From positions 13,160,913-13,224,912 of the forward strand of contig NC_083405.1 of assembly GCF_020745735.1 (NCBI RefSeq): a DNA stretch of 64,000 bases, in the 5' to 3' direction. This stretch comes from Hemiscyllium ocellatum (taxonomy: Eukaryota). The notes beneath the pieces are model-generated. The model did not search any database, was not told the DNA's origin, and saw nothing but the letters and a program-made list of their open reading frames with translations. The position numbers and the translations under genes are program-made. Numbering within the stretch: the first letter of the stretch is position 1; each line of letters begins with the position of its first letter. Positions 62,442 to 64,000 of this stretch are shown one piece after another.

Positions 62442-62448
62442 GATTTAT
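62442..62448 (-). promoter_or_regulatory. Candidate VH promoter TATA box (TATAAAT)
   Basis: About 90 bp upstream of the leader ATG, in a locally CpG-retaining stretch. Confidence 0.55.
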
Positions 62449-62718
62449 ATGGCCATCGGAAAGGGCAGGCTTACAGCTTCCGCCTGTTGGTTTCCTGCTG
62501 AAGGCTGAGACTGGACCCTGGTATCAGCTCACAGCTCGAACACATGGGCTCATGTATTTACGAGGTTACGCTTAAACATGGATATATACATATCTTGGGA
62601 TATTTATTTTGCTGAATAGCTTCTTTGGGAGTGTTTTTTTAAATGGTGGAAGTATAATTGAGTAGCTTCAGGTCTGTTTCACATGTATTTTGTTAAAAAA
62701 AACAAATTCATTCGGAAA

Positions 62719-63160
62719 TTAGCTCCCTTTATTTCTACATTCATTCACAAGCAGATAAAATTAAAATCAAAGTTCAAACATATTACTAGCTAGTAAAACA
62801 ATCGAGCCTCTTTTCCCCCCAGGACACTGCCAGTCTCTGTCCCACTACAAAATGACATGTAATTCATACTAAACATTTCAAAATTCAATTTAGGCAACTG
62901 AATACAGAGCGTGTCCAAAGTGATTATATTCAGAATATTCAATTAGAAGTTAACTCCCTTTAATTCTACATTCCACCACAAGCAGATAAAGCTAAAAAGA
63001 ACTTCAATAATATTATTAACCAACAAAATTAGTGACTTTATTTTTGCTGTCACTCAAAGTCTCTCACTTTATAAAATAACATACCATTTTTAATCTGAGT
63101 TTCTAAATTCAATTTAGGCAACCTAATATGGAGCATGTCTAAAGTGATTATGTTCAGAAT
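62719..63160. repeat. Old tandem duplication of a ~225-230-bp unit upstream of VH
   Basis: CACAAGCAGATAAA at 62746/62977 and AAATTCAATTTAGGCAAC at 62881/63105; AAAGTGATTAT(A/G)TTCAGAAT is also repeated. Confidence 0.8.
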
Positions 63161-64000
63161 GTGAGTGTGTCACTAAACAGTTTGGACCCGGAGATTAGAA
63201 GCACCTGCATTGCAGAATGTCTCTTCTTGCATTTTTTTTTCAAATTGCTCCAACCCTAAAATGCATAGTAAAGGAAAGCTGTGTGCCTGAGAAACAAAAA
63301 ATGATACATAACGCCTAGGTAAACTTTTGTAAAAGCATCTAATGAACTAGAACAGGACAGTCCATAATTTTTTTTAAAAATCCTCAACATCTAAACCATT
63401 GCAGGTAACTGTCTGGGTACATCAGGAGTGTTTGGTTAAATTAGAGAGTATTACAATAATTATTACCACGAATGTAGGTTATAAACAGTACATTTCTCTG
63501 CTCACTGATAGCTCTAACAGGGGCAGTTAACTCATAAAAATAAGCAAAAATTCACTGTTACACGACTCCAGTGTTAACCATGTATAAAGGGCCCACTCAG
63601 TTTTAATGAGATACATGAATCAGAGAATGGTGCAACAAGTGATGTGAGGTTTGAACCAATTCAAATTTATTAATTTACTTTAAGATAATAACAAATGTTA
63701 CTGCAATGTGGGATTTTGGATCCATTAACTCCATATTTAGGAGCTTTAAAGATACTCAGTAAACAGGCTGCACTAACCAGAATGTAACTGCATTCAATGT
63801 CCTGTTTCTGATAGTCATACAGTGAATGCTGTATTCAGTGACTTTCCTTTTTAAAGAAGAAATGCCAAGTGAAATGTATCCATTGTGAGTAAATGGGAAA
63901 ATATAGTTTGTTTGGTAGGATTTTACTTTAGTTGATTAATTTTCCCTTTAATCGGCCAGATACAATAGTTGGCAGCAATGAAGCTGACTGCAGAAAAGGT

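Overview
Eukaryotic DNA from a cartilaginous fish (shark), judged from HE1-type SINEs, CR1/HER1 LINEs, shark Penelope elements and a cluster-type IgH gene; the species cannot be assigned from sequence alone. There are three zones. (1) 1-22.1 kb is a head-to-tail array of a composite unit (CR1 3' fragment + SINE fragment + unique DNA + two 70-bp minisatellite blocks). It has three full periods (4388, 5482, 9545 bp) and a partial fourth, and unit 3 carries a young Penelope insertion. (2) 22-40 kb holds a frameshifted GPR139-like GPCR exon, a G-rich ~61-bp repeat, a second Penelope copy with a hammerhead motif and many SINE/LINE remnants. (3) 40.4-62.5 kb (minus strand) is a complete unrearranged IgM heavy-chain cluster: leader-VH(23)-(12)D1(22)-(12)D2(12)-(23)JH-Cmu1-4-secretory tail-TM, with all exons open and in phase. 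I see no convincing wholly new system. The best leads are a one-base insertion that removes the canonical KVK-stop of the membrane IgM tail, a duplicated octamer-like/E-box element in the J-C intron, an empty-site/filled-site pair with an RT-stutter junction for the Penelope insertion, and a hairpin Penelope remnant with a 15-bp TSD. Exon, RSS and TSD coordinates were read by hand; repeat boundaries are approximate.
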